DNA from: Cyanophora paradoxa CCMP329
Lineage: Eukaryota; Plantae; Glaucophyta
Reading direction: 5' to 3'
DNA length: 64,000 bases
Assembly (NCBI GenBank): GCA_004431415.1
Contig: QPMI01000151.1
Coordinates: 1-64,000, forward strand
Position 1 is the stretch's first letter. Every line of letters starts with the position of its first letter. The position numbers were made by a program, and so were the translations under genes. The notes beneath the pieces were generated by a model. It was given only the letters and a program-made list of their open reading frames with translations. It ran no database searches and had not been told where the DNA came from. Below are positions 1 to 12,032 of the stretch, piece by piece.

Positions 1-492
1 CCAAGGCTGCCAAGACCCGAGGTCCTGGCTGCGGCCCGCCTCTGCGGCCTCATCCCTGGCGGCCCGCAGGCACCGTCCTACAACGCGGTCCCCCCGCCGT
101 CGAACTCTGTACCCGTCGCTCCGGCGCAGCTACAAACCGCCCCTTGCAGGAACTGCGGCGAGCACGGCCACCACGCGTCGGCGTGCACGAAGCCGGTGCG
201 CTGCTACAACTGCGGAGGGGAGGGTCACACGCAGAACCGCTGCCCCAGTGGCAAGCGCCAGCACGACGGCGGTCCCCCACACGGTCCGTCCCCGAAGCGT
301 GGCCCCGATGGTGGTGCTGGCGGCGCAGGAGGCGGCGGCACCGTGGTGGCCATCGCGGCGGTGGCAGGGGCGGCTACCAGAGCGGCGGTGGAGGCGGCGG
401 CCAAGGCGGGACGGGATCTAACGCCACCCTCCTCGGCAATCCCGCCCGAGCAGCCCGCTGGCCCCGATGAGCGCGCCCGACTGGCCCCTTGA
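1..492 (+). CDS. gag: Gag C-terminal part with two CCHC zinc knuckles (5'-partial)
   Basis: Frame 1 is open from base 1 and reads CRNCGEHGHHASAC then CYNCGGEGHTQNRC (145-243), two CX2CX4HX4C motifs. TGA at 490-492. Confidence 0.85.
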   Translation, partial: PRLPRPEVLAAARLCGLIPGGPQAPSYNAVPPPSNSVPVAPAQLQTAPCRNCGEHGHHASACTKPVRCYNCGGEGHTQNRCPSGKRQHDGGPPHGPSPKRGPDGGAGGAGGGGTVVAIAAVAGAATRAAVEAAAKAGRDLTPPSSAIPPEQPAGPDERARLAP

Positions 493-545
493 CGCGCCCC
501 GTTGCGCGCCGCCGCTCTCCGACGCTCGACCGCTGGCCCGTTGTT

Positions 546-668
546 GACGCGCCGTCTTCGCGCCCGGCTGGCCCCGTCACTGACGCGCTGCCTTCGCGCC
601 CGACTGGCTCCGTTGCTGACGCGCCGTCTCCGCGCCCGACCGGCCCCATCGCTAACGCGCCGCCCCCG
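546..668 (+). repeat. 36-bp coding tandem repeat, ~3.4 units
   Basis: DAPSSRPAGPVT / DALPSRPTGSVA / DAPSPRPTGPIA / NAPPP; units start at 546, 582, 618 and 654. Confidence 0.85.
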
Positions 669-3600
669 AACCCTCGCCCGACTGACCACGGAGACGCCGT
701 GCAGTCCGGTGGTCCTGACTCGGGCCGGGAGACCGAGGCTACGACGGACAGCCTGGCCATGGTACCGATCGCTCCGGTGCAAACTGTCCCGATCACGCCG
801 ACGCAGCCCTCGCATCGGACATCGCGCACTTCGTTCGGGACGTCAACGCCACGACGGCACGCAGCCGGTAACGTCGCGGCGGAGAGGACGGCCCCCGTCC
901 CGTCGCCATCCCGTCGCTGAACCCGCGTCGCCGTCCCCTCGTCGACTCACGCGACCGGCCCGTCGTCGCCGGCCCGTCTGACTTGTCGACAGAGATGGAA
1001 ACGGGAAGCCGTACTGCGGCCGAGTCCCGTGTTTCCAATTCGGTGTGCGCAGCCCCGGCGGGCGTCACTGCCGGCAGTATCCGCGACCTCATCAACGCTG
1101 GCCTCCGCCGCACGACCACACTCGCATGTCCGCCGCCTTGGCTCCCGTCACGTCCAAGAAAACCCCGCTCTTCACTCGAAACTTTGGCCGTATGCACCGC
1201 CCGCGCCCGAACGCCATCAATCCGTCGCCCGCGTCGCAGTCACGAGGTCGCTCACCTTCGCGGCCGCCCCCTCGGCGAAGAGCACGAACTCCGACGCTGA
1301 CTCTGTGCGGGAGCCGAAGACCCGGACGTACTGCGCCCTGGGGACCCCGTCACAGAGTCGCCGATGGACACTGCACTCGGCCCGCTAACCTCCAAATCGA
1401 GCACCGACTCCCCCGCAGCCACCTCGCAGCAGGAGGGAACGTCTCGAAGGAAGTGGGCGGCCGAACCCGAACTACAAGGCCCCGCCGCCAAGATGCCCGA
1501 AATCGACTCGCTACCGGCGGTCGAGGGCTGCGAGTCCTTGGTACCCCTTTGCACTGACTGGCTCGACAACGTTGCTTACAACATGCACACTCGCCGTGTT
1601 AACAACCGCATGCACGTCGACGGCATCCAGTGCACTGACTGGCTTCGTGATGGCATCCCTTCGAGCGACCAGCGCCAGATCCACGCGCGTACCATCCTTT
1701 ACTGCCCGCCCTCCAGATGCTCACGACGTACCTCGAGCCGAAGGGCCCCGGTGTCTGCTGGCTCGCGTCCGCAACGCTATCGATGCGGAAGGCGACTCGG
1801 AGGAGGCGCGCGCGCACCGCTTCCCCAAGCCCCACGACAACATGTACCCCGTCTTCACGCAGGCCTCCAATTACCGTACCGCGGTATTCACGGAGGATGC
1901 GCACATGCCTCGCCGTCGGGACCTGTCTTTCGCCAACGAGACGTGTGCTGACTGCCACCCCCATGTCGTCGGCCGCCAGGAGAATGGTACCCTTGTTGCC
2001 CGCCCCATTCCCTCGGCACACCGTCGTGACGCGCCCAATGACGGACTTCGTACTGCTCACTCCGCGCTCATCGCTGCGCTTGAAAGCCTCCCTACGTCGC
2101 ACCCCGTTCGTGACCCGACCAGGGAGATGGAGTTCTTTGTGATCGCCCGCGACATCTCCGGACACGCGAAGAACGGGCGGTTCCCGATCCGCCGGCGCTC
2201 GACGTGAACCCCGGCATCCCGTGCGCTGACGCACTCACGCTCACCACAGCACCCGCATTGGCACTTGCTGGCGACCCGCCCGCTCATCAACCCGAAAGCC
2301 ACAGTGAGCACAAGCGTCTGAATGCGGCCGTCACACGCATCATTGCAGACACGGCCACTGAGGATGACGTGACAACGTTGCGCACGTGGATCGCAATCGC
2401 CCGTGAGACGACGACTATCGCGGCAATTAACACTAACATCTCGAACACCAACGAGCAGCTTCGCCGCCCTACCGGGGCTGAGGGCGAGCAGCTGTTACAC
2501 TTGGTTGAAATGGCAGCGATGGCCATCACGAACACGGGCGCCCCGCCGCCTCGCACGCGGCAGGCTGCGGCCAACCACGTCACGAGTGTACTGCGTAAGG
2601 AGCTCGAGGCATTCGATGTTGACACTACGGTTCAGGCAATCGTCAACGCTCTGTGCGCCCGTCGTGTCTTCACTTCACCGACGGCGCCATGGACACAACC
2701 GACGCGCCGCCTGCACCTACGACAACGCTGACGCTCCCAGGAGTGCTGTCGTCGAGTCCCTCCTGAACCGTGTCAAGACGTCCTTCACGACGCGCGTAAC
2801 CGCAGCCCAACATTCATGCGCCCCAACCGACGAACGGCCGCTGTCAATTACGTTGAGAGCACACTCCGCACGTACCTCCGTGGCTACGACGTCGAGTCTA
2901 CGATCCTACTTCTCGTCTACATTCTCGAGCGCGAGGTGAGCTACGTTCGCCTCAGGCCCTGACGCGACTTCGGCAAAGGCTGCTGACGCCTACGCTCGTT
3001 TCGTCGCGGCAAACGCTCCGACCGACCCCGTCGCCGGACCCAGCTCTGTCGCGACGGCAGAGGGCCTCGCCCTGAGGACAAGACGCCAATCGTCCCGCCG
3101 ACCACGCCCACTCCACCCGCGCCCGCCGTACTGCGGCCCAAGGCGTCGGAGGACAGGGCTGACAATGACCCCATCAACCGCAACCGAAGTTGCGCGAGAT
3201 GCTGATGGACATTGCGGAAGACTCGATCACGCTCATCGCTCGTCGCCACCAGGCAGCGGGAGGTATGAGCGCGAGGGTGGAGACCGCGTCTTCGCCTCTC
3301 GCACGGTCGAGAAGATCATGGTCAGTGTTGGGGACAGCAAATTCTTCTCTTCCTGTCGCCAGTCGACATGCCTGCACCGTGCCACACGTGCAGCATCGGC
3401 CCGATGGCTCACCCGTCATCGTGAACCACCGGCTCCGTGCATCAGTGATCAGCATTGCGCACCGCTACTACGAGTACATCGACTCGACCACGGGCAACAC
3501 GGTGACAATGACTAACGTCGAGCTTCAGGAGCACTGCCGCCTCTGCACAACGCCGCCGTACATGGAGTTCGTCCGCAATTGCCCCGTACCGTCGCCAACC

Positions 3601-4778
3601 TCACGCCAGCGCACGCCGTACCCGAGTACTCTGCGACCTGACGATGCACCGGCGGACATCACGCTCGACGCTCTGTACGGAGTGACGATGGAAATGAAGA
3701 CGCTCTTCCTGCGGATTATCGGTCTGTTAATGGATATCACCCCACAGGGAACGACGTCTTGACGGGGAACGACGACTGGCCTCGGGTCGCTGACATCTTC
3801 CTTAACGTCGACGTCGGCCCCTTCACCGTCCGCGCCAGCACCCTCCGGCCTGGCGTTCGCGACGCGAGTACTGGACCGATAGGCACTCGGCCAATCATTC
3901 TCGCCCCGGAGTTGTCAACACCTCTGGGCAGGACACGTCCCGACTCGCGCGAACGACTGTGAACGCGTCGCTTCCCGTCTGCTTGTCGGCACCGGCGTTC
4001 TACCATGCTCACGCGTTAATGCACCCCGTCGATGAGCCGAACACGCGCCTCGCCCGACACCAACTGATCTTCTGCCCTACCCGGTGCCTGAGACCACGGT
4101 CGCTGCAGCTGGGGAGTGAGCCGCAGTTGGCGTCGATTTACGTCGCTGCCGTTCTACACGACTGGCCGGCTCGACAGCGGGACAAGATTAAGCCGCATCT
4201 CACTCTCCGAACCAACGACGTCGACATGGAGTACTTGCGACTCGCCGCCGAGAACGCGCGACTTCGGGACCCGACGCAGTTTTCGGCGAGGTACCTCGAG
4301 TCCACAACGTGTTGACAGACATCCTTCGTCGCCGCACGCCTGGAACGCCGTCCCCGACCACTCCGCCCGACAAGCACGCGCAGCTGCTGGCCGACGAACA
4401 GCTCGCACGTGAACTGCAGGCTCGCCTCGACGCCGAAGCTGCCAAGGGAGAGGACCGGTGCAGGCCGCGGCGCAAGCCCCCTACTTGCAGGCTGCAATCG
4501 GTGGTATTGCTCGTGCCGCACCATGGACGCCCGTCGCCGTACTGCGGCAGCACAGGCTCCACCGCGCCAATCGGCGAGGCACGGGGAACGGTCAGGGGCC
4601 GCGCCGCGCGCTCCCGATTCATACCAGCCGGCCCCAGACCCCGGGCAACCCTCACTACCACGACGACGACATGACGTGCCCAACGGCACCGGTGACACCG
4701 CCGACCGACGCCCCGGAGCCCCCGGCCCCGCGGAACGACCCACCCCCTGCGCCCGAGGTGACGGCCTCGTCGACGGAC

Positions 4779-4857
4779 ACTCCGGACGCCCAGCCCGTTG
4801 CACCCGCGACGACGACTCCGGACGCCCAGCCCGTTGCACCCGTGACGACGACTCCGG
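4779..4857 (+). repeat. 36-bp tandem repeat (2+ units)
   Basis: TPDAQPVAPATT / TPDAQPVAPVTT / TP; units start at 4779 and 4815. Confidence 0.85.
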
Positions 4858-5696
4858 TGGCCCCGACGCCCGCTCTCGAGACGCGGTCTCGTCGACGGCC
4901 GCTCGAGATGCTTCGCCCATCGCACCGGCGATGGCGACCTCGCTGACGACCCCGCACAGCGTCCCGTCCCCACGGCCGTGGCTGCGGTCTCGACGGCCCC
5001 GTCGCCTGCGCCTGAGCTACTGGCCCCGTCCGACGCCCCGCCAGCCCGGCCACGACTGTGACGGCGGCCCCGCCGCAGAGCCCGCCCAACCCCCGATGCT
5101 GCCGATCCCGTCACTTCACCCGACTACACTGCACCGACCGACGCGTCGATGCCTGACTCGACGACTGCCGACTCGTCGGGCACTGAGAGGACCGAGGACG
5201 TGCCCATGGGCGACCCGCGCGTTTCGAGGGGGATCATCGTCGACACGCCGACCTTGCCGAGCCCTCACGACGACCGTGACAGTCCTCCTGACACCGACGA
5301 AGACATGTCCAGCGACTCGGAGCCCGAGATCAAGGACGTGGCCGCCGACCTTGGACACCGCCACGCCTGGACGATCCTTCGCCTCAAGCCCGTGGTGCAC
5401 AACCAGCTGCGTGCGTACCTGGACACGCCGCGACGCTTCATGGTCACAACGACGACGACGGATTGGCGCAAGACCCCTGAGACGCCGACCCTCTTCGCCG
5501 CCAGCGAGCTCACGAGCTGCATGCACCTCGCAGCTGCCCGCAGCAACACGCCTACTGGGCAACCGTTGCTGGGTACTCGCCCGAGTGACCAGGCTCACTA
5601 CCTCCTTCAACATCTGACCGAATTCCGCTCCGTCATCCACGTCATCATGCGCCTCGCGCGGGCTCAGCCCTTCGCGCCTGGGGAGACGGCGACCAC

Positions 5697-7160
5697 GTGG
5701 CCTCACCCGAACGACCGCTCGCCGATGTCCTCGGACGGCCAGAGATGCTGGAGCTGTTTGGTTTGACACCGACAGAGTTCACTCTTGTACACCAGTCCAA
5801 GACTCCAGTCGTACCGTGCATCCTTCAGGTGGCTGTCAACCTTGCCCGCAATCTCCGGACGCTGCACTACGACGTGGAGATGACGGAGAGCGATGAACGG
5901 TTCTTGAACTTCGACAAGATCACGAACACGGCGACGCGCCTTGCAACAATCAGGCAACTGGTCCAAACTGTCAAGTTCACGGCCCCGCTCACAGGACCTG
6001 ACGACATCTATCTGTCTACGCTTCGACACGGTTCACCGCCGCCCGACATCGCCTTGTCGATGCGTTCGACGGCCCTGGCGCGGGCGTGGGACATCGCTGC
6101 ATACTTCGACCATTACAAGTGGGACGAGACGCGCGACCGCTACGGGGATAGCCGATTTGCTCACCTCTACGACGTTCGTGACCCAGCACCGAGCTCCGAC
6201 CGTCCATGGCCGACGAGTCACGCGCCGTTGCTGTCAATGCTCACCGAGCAAGTCGAGAACGTACTCCGCCTCGTCAACATCACAGCCGACGTCGAGGGCC
6301 CCGGCAACTTCCTGCGCCGTTACTACACGTCCCGTTTCAACCCGAAATCCGACGCGAACCCGGCTACGAACCTGCGGGCGACCGCCGAGCTCGCGGAGGA
6401 GATCCGGCTGAACAGCCAGTTAGCAGTGGTCGCGGCACGCGATGTCCATCGTCTGCGCACGCCCCCCGTCAGCGAGTCCGACCTACACCACTGTCTTCGG
6501 CACGGACTGTCCCGTCACCGCTCCGGCGTCCTCCCCTCAAATTTCACGAACGTCGTCGCCGCGTCTGTCACGGAGACGACTGCGCTGGCAAGGCTCGCCG
6601 AGCTACATGACACCACCGTTGTCGCGATGTCAATCACTACGTTCATGCACAAGCGTCAACTCGCCAAGAAGGGCAAACCGATCCGTCTCGAATCGCGACT
6701 GCACGCCCCCGTCTTCACCCCGAAGCAGCCCGAGCCAGCTGTCGAGCTCTATTACAACTCTGACCGTTACATAATGGTGCACCCTGAAGAGGCGGCGCTC
6801 CTGGCGTGCAAAACTGCGTGGCGCTCCCATATCCTCCAGCTGACTCTCGAGGCCATGCGTCGCGCGTACAAGCTCGAGACGGAGTCAAGCACTCGTACTG
6901 CGAGCAAGCTTGCTTTCGGCCTCGTCGCTCGACTCGACACTGCACTTAGCAAGGCTACGACCACCCAGCGCTTGGCGGTAACACGGGCCTTCCTCCTGGA
7001 CGCCGAGCATCGATTGAATCTGTTCTACTGCATGCTTTACCCGCGCTACCGCGATCACCTACTCCCTGTCCTCCCCAGTCCGATGGTACCCGTCACCGAC
7101 CCTCTCGCCGTCCCGGTCCCACGGCCCCTGAGCGCGACGTTGACGAGTACGGATACCTGA
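5697..7160 (+). CDS. Hypothetical, probably helical protein segment of the retroelement (487 aa open frame)
   Basis: Longest clean ORF in the spacer, with globular-type composition. No motif recognised. Confidence 0.6.
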   Translation: MASPERPLADVLGRPEMLELFGLTPTEFTLVHQSKTPVVPCILQVAVNLARNLRTLHYDVEMTESDERFLNFDKITNTATRLATIRQLVQTVKFTAPLTGPDDIYLSTLRHGSPPPDIALSMRSTALARAWDIAAYFDHYKWDETRDRYGDSRFAHLYDVRDPAPSSDRPWPTSHAPLLSMLTEQVENVLRLVNITADVEGPGNFLRRYYTSRFNPKSDANPATNLRATAELAEEIRLNSQLAVVAARDVHRLRTPPVSESDLHHCLRHGLSRHRSGVLPSNFTNVVAASVTETTALARLAELHDTTVVAMSITTFMHKRQLAKKGKPIRLESRLHAPVFTPKQPEPAVELYYNSDRYIMVHPEEAALLACKTAWRSHILQLTLEAMRRAYKLETESSTRTASKLAFGLVARLDTALSKATTTQRLAVTRAFLLDAEHRLNLFYCMLYPRYRDHLLPVLPSPMVPVTDPLAVPVPRPLSATLTSTDT

Positions 7161-9806
7161 CACAGTGGACGTCGACGGCATCGACATCTTGCCTCGCGTT
7201 CCTGACTGGGATTCCCTCGTTGGACTTGTCGACGACATGAGCAAGGACACTTTCTGGAACTCCAACACGTACTTCGGGCTTCGCGCCCGCGCTATGGTCT
7301 ACGGAACAGAGCGCAAGCGCCCCCGCGAGAAGCGACCGAATGACGAGAAGTTGCAGAAGAAGGAGCGCAAGGCCGCCCGGCTCACTCCCGAGGAGGTCGA
7401 CTCCATCATCTCCAGAATTTTGAGCGAACTCCACACTGTTCCTTTCAAGGAGGTGCTACTCTCGGAGAACGCTGACATTCCTGACGTCTATTTCTGGGCC
7501 TTCCTCAACGAGGAATGGGCGAAGGGCTTCACGGTCGTCGACGGCGCTGGCTACCAGCACGGAGTGTGGCCGGATCTGAGCGGCGTGATGGTCCGACGGG
7601 AACCGCGACCTGATTCGACGGAGAACGAGCGCGACACGTTCTATGCGGGTTTTGGACGGCGCAACAATCACATCAACGGGGAATTATTCGCCCAAACGAT
7701 CAACGACTGGTACCCAATCCGTCTCCACAATCCTCGCCCCCACTCCCGTACGGCATGCGCACATACAGCCCCGAGGAGACGCGAGCTGGAGGTGACTTCC
7801 TACCTCTGGATACTGATCCGGGACGGGATACCTCCTATCACATCTTCATGACACCGCTTCTCTTCACGAACACGGACTTCCTGGCCACAGCGTACTGCAA
7901 AACGATCCAGGAACATGGGCGACACGCGCCCCACATCTTCGCCGTCGCGGCTCACATCCTCGGAGGCCCAGCCCGTTCGGACAGACGGCTGATCTGACCG
8001 AGGAGCTCACTGTGGAGGACGGGCACAGACCGGAGGAGCTCCCGGAGCCGCCGCCGGTCGAAGAGCTGGAGGGAATCCCGACTCGGGACCCACCCCCAGT
8101 TCATCCCGCCACCACGACAAAGAAGTACATGCACGTCCTAGGTGAGGTCCACATGCCATACGTGCTACTCGGCGACTCTGTCTTGAGGCATTTCTCCGGC
8201 GCGTCCCGTACATGCGCCCATTCCTCATGAAGATGCACGTACGCTGGTCGAACTTCTCGCGAGCACTCAGTCGTGTCCTACGCTACGGCGTCGGCCCGGC
8301 ACCTACCCGTACCGCGCCGGTGCTCCCGGCCATGGCGAACTCAGCCAGCACAACCGCGCGGGCCTGCCCTTCCGATCGTTCCTGATCACGGCCGCCGACG
8401 AGTTCCACCCGGCCAACAAGTATGCCGACTACTTCGACTGCATCTACGACGAGGACAACCACGCGCACCTCCGTGACTCCGCTTCACGTCAAGATGTCGA
8501 ACGATGCTTCTACGAGATTGCCATGCCCGACGACCTCAACGCGCCGCCCATGACTCTTACGCCGGCCAATGCTGACCTGTGCGGCCCTCGAATCGTCCGA
8601 TTCACGCACGTTGCACCGGCCGGACCCAGCCGCGGTGCCCCCAACACGATCCAGAACCGCTCGCACATCACTATCTTCGACGCGAACAACCGGAACACCT
8701 GGCAGCAGATCATCGCGGGCACGAGGAAACCCCAAACGAGGCGGCGGGCCGCACCCGTGCGGCCCCGACCCCAAGTACTTCCCGGTGTCCGTCAATGACT
8801 ACACTGGCCCTGGGGGCGTCGTCGTGTCTCTGCGTCGTCGCGGGCCCACGGGCACCGCGCCTGCAACGCCCCCGTCGTCCACCAGGTCCTGGGGTTCCCG
8901 CTTTCGGTACACACTTGGGTGTACGGAATCGCAGCGTACCTGGCGGCGGCAGTCAAGCTGCACGGTGCCTTGTCGTTCTTCCTCGAGCCCCTACCGGGGA
9001 ACTCGGGAACATCATCATCGACTACGTTCGTAGCCACGAGGATGAGCTGCACTTCCGCTTCACGGCTTCAGGCGAAGTGGCGCGCAGTGCCAAACTCGAC
9101 AAATGGTACGAGGTCGAGTACCCTGACTGCGAACGCGTCGACCCGGCACATTTAATCACAGCCTTCGAATCCCTACTGCACAAGGCAACCAACGACTGGT
9201 TGGCGGTCCAGATCAAGCACGAGACACCCCGGCGGCTCGCGAAGATGTCGACATGGATCGAAACCACTGCTGGCCCGTAGCATTCCGACTCCCGGATGGA
9301 GTCATCAACGCACTCAACGCCCAAGTCCGGGGCGCTGACTTCGATCCCACGAACGATCCGTCACACCCGCATCGTCCCAGTGTCTATGACGTCAACGCGA
9401 GCGCAGTGCGCAACGCTATTATGGATTTCGAACAGCGATACGCCGACATACACGAGCAATTCCGTCACGCCGAATATGGCAACTTCACATTCGATCCATT
9501 CTACAATGAATTCGGCGCCGCCATCTTCAGTCGCGAACCGCAGGCGCGGGCGCTACTCCACGGTTGGTTGGAACAATTCGTTTACAATCACGCCACCGTC
9601 GACGCGGCGACGAGGCGGCCCATCACGTTCACTAGCCGCGAAGCCTACCGGGCGGTACAGATCGTCGACGTCCTCCCCTGCGTCACTCCCTGGGCGATCC
9701 GGACAACGACAGCCTCCTTCGTCAGATCCCCCACATTTACATTGGTCACGGCCCCCACGGCGCGCCTGTCGACCCGTACGAAGGCCGCACGCGCTTCACT
9801 AACATC

Positions 9807-12032
9807 ATGAACTACATCACTACGACGAAGGCAGAGGAGTCGCGCGCGTACATTTGGGACCCGCGCCTCGACGGCAAGATCAAGCTCGTGGGCACGGACG
9901 AGTACATTCGTCGGAACCCTGGGATTGCGCGCAAGCCCTTTGTCCGACCCTTCGTCGTCTGGTCGACCGACTTCAAGGATCTGCGCACCAACGAGCCGAC
10001 GGGACTGGCACGCTTCGGTCACATCCAGGGTGTTGTCTTCAAGCCATCTGGCAGTAACAGGCCTCCGCGTCGTAGTCCTACGGGGACCGAGACGACGGGA
10101 ACCTCTGACGGCGACGACTCCAGCTCGGACAGTGGTGGCTCCACCGCCGAGTCCGTAGCTCCATCGGAGACCCCGTCGGCCGGGACGCCGAGCCTAGCCT
10201 CGCGCGTGCAGTCGTCCGCGTTCGCCCCCCACGGCCTCCTTGGACCGCTCACACGGCAGCACACGTACACGATCGCATACAACGACCTCACTAATCCCAG
10301 GACGTCGACGGATCTCACGATGGGCTGCTGGCTCCTCTACTCTGGACGGGGACCGGACTACGAGCGGATCACGTCCGCGCGATACCGTGCCTTCGAGGAC
10401 CCTGAATTCGCTGCCAGTTATCACTTGTACGACTGGTCGCCGCTTCAGCGGTCTCACCAACTCAACGCCCACGCAATCCTGGAGACGCTCCACGAGATCG
10501 AGAACTTTCGGTGGGATTTCACAACCTCTCAGGGCCTGTCAGCCGACCTCGCTTTCACTCGCGCCTTGTTCACTCGGGCGGCCTTCATCCTCAATTCAAT
10601 CGGCCTCGCGGCGTGGGACGTGGTCCTCCACAATGACTTCCGTAGTCATGACGCTCAACGGACACGTTTCTACGAGCGGCACGTACTCCAACGCGACACG
10701 CGCCTCCGCCACGCTTGGCCCCAACTCGTCAAATATCTCCGGGCGTCTCTCTCGCGCCACCGCGAAGCCATCCCGTTCCGATCCCCCGGAGAGCCTGGCT
10801 ACCGGCCGGCTGAACGACGGGATGGCGCAGCGGGGACCGAAGTTGACGCGATCAACGAGATTCACTATGGCTGGCCCAGCAACCGCCACCTCAACAAGCT
10901 CGCAAACGCCGACTGCAAGCCCATCCTTGGCGTCGGATACTTTTCAGCCACAATGCGCAATCACCGGCCCCCGCTGCGTCTGTCGGCAGCTCCCTGCAGG
11001 GCACGCCCATTCGCCGCGACGGACGTCCTCATGAACGTGCACAGGCGGACAACCACGCGGAAGCGACCTCGCCTCAAGCGGACGGCACCGCTCCCGCCAG
11101 CCAGCGTCATCTCCGGTTCGACACCGTGCACACCGTATGAGCAGAGCTACCTCGCCTCGCTTCGCGTCTGCGCGGCACGCATGTTGGGATTTGACGACGT
11201 CGAGGACCCCCTTGACGTTCCCCTCTTCGGCGACGGCGGCCCGTCAGTACCACACCCCATTGCGCGAATGACGGACACGAACCGCACGCTCAGAGAGCGC
11301 ATCAACGACGGCCGAATCTGCGTCAACTTGCACATCGCCGCTATCGATCACCGACGACAAGTCCTTCAATACCTCCTCACCAAGGCATTGGTGGATACAG
11401 GAGCCGCTGCGGACGTACTCGACGGCAGTATCGCCGACAAACTGCCAGGCCTTCGCTACAGCAACGCTCCGCGCGTGCACCTCACCGGCTTTGGAACGGA
11501 CATGACTGCCTATGCGCGCATCGCATTCATTGCAATTAAGGTTGGTCCGGTCACAATTCCGCGGAAGGTCCTCGTCGTCGCGCCTGGTCTCATGGGCAAC
11601 ACTCCAATGCTACTCGGCCTCACAACGCTGGTGGCGCTCAACGCTCACATCGTGCTCGACCCAGCAAATTGGGGAATGACGATCACGTCGCCTGACTCCT
11701 CGGATGGCGAACGATTCCACGTCCCTTTTCGGCTGCGGGCCAGCACGACGGCGGCGTTCTGGTCCGATTGGCGAAGGACATCACTGTACGGCCGGGTGAA
11801 TCGCTCGTTCGATGTTACATGCCACAAACGACTTCGAACACGACTCTCGGCGCACCGGAAGTCCTCCTCACTCCGCCACCACTCCTCCTCGACGACGACG
11901 GCTTCGACGGAGCCGACGAAGTCGAATTCTTGGTGCCATACCAAATTCACCGCAACCCAGCACACGGCACGTTTTTCGTGCAGATCTGCAACCCTCACAG
12001 GCGGCCTGTCCGCCTGCGAGCCGGAACTGTGA
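9807..12032 (+). CDS. pro: Unknown N-terminal region fused to retropepsin-type aspartic protease (coding probably leaves this frame near 11729)
   Basis: ALVDTGAAADVL (DTG at 11394-11402), flap-like LTGFG and closing MLLG motif. Confidence 0.8.
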   Translation: MNYITTTKAEESRAYIWDPRLDGKIKLVGTDEYIRRNPGIARKPFVRPFVVWSTDFKDLRTNEPTGLARFGHIQGVVFKPSGSNRPPRRSPTGTETTGTSDGDDSSSDSGGSTAESVAPSETPSAGTPSLASRVQSSAFAPHGLLGPLTRQHTYTIAYNDLTNPRTSTDLTMGCWLLYSGRGPDYERITSARYRAFEDPEFAASYHLYDWSPLQRSHQLNAHAILETLHEIENFRWDFTTSQGLSADLAFTRALFTRAAFILNSIGLAAWDVVLHNDFRSHDAQRTRFYERHVLQRDTRLRHAWPQLVKYLRASLSRHREAIPFRSPGEPGYRPAERRDGAAGTEVDAINEIHYGWPSNRHLNKLANADCKPILGVGYFSATMRNHRPPLRLSAAPCRARPFAATDVLMNVHRRTTTRKRPRLKRTAPLPPASVISGSTPCTPYEQSYLASLRVCAARMLGFDDVEDPLDVPLFGDGGPSVPHPIARMTDTNRTLRERINDGRICVNLHIAAIDHRRQVLQYLLTKALVDTGAAADVLDGSIADKLPGLRYSNAPRVHLTGFGTDMTAYARIAFIAIKVGPVTIPRKVLVVAPGLMGNTPMLLGLTTLVALNAHIVLDPANWGMTITSPDSSDGERFHVPFRLRASTTAAFWSDWRRTSLYGRVNRSFDVTCHKRLRTRLSAHRKSSSLRHHSSSTTTASTEPTKSNSWCHTKFTATQHTARFSCRSATLTGGLSACEPEL

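Larger units (their letters stand above)
493..11340 (+). pseudogene. Uncharacterised frameshifted coding region between Gag and protease
   Basis: Chain of abutting + strand ORFs with protein-like composition (1572-2207, 2204-2731, 3190-3762, 3759-3962, 3959-4315, 5149-5766, 5697-7160, 7165-7851, 9253-9810, 9807 onward), mostly stepping by -1 frame. No domain recognised. Confidence 0.6.

Noticed and set aside
8150-8200. VLLGDSVLRH resembling an SGNH/GDSL esterase block I
   Set aside because: No downstream GxND or DxxH blocks were found in the frames examined. Too short to call.
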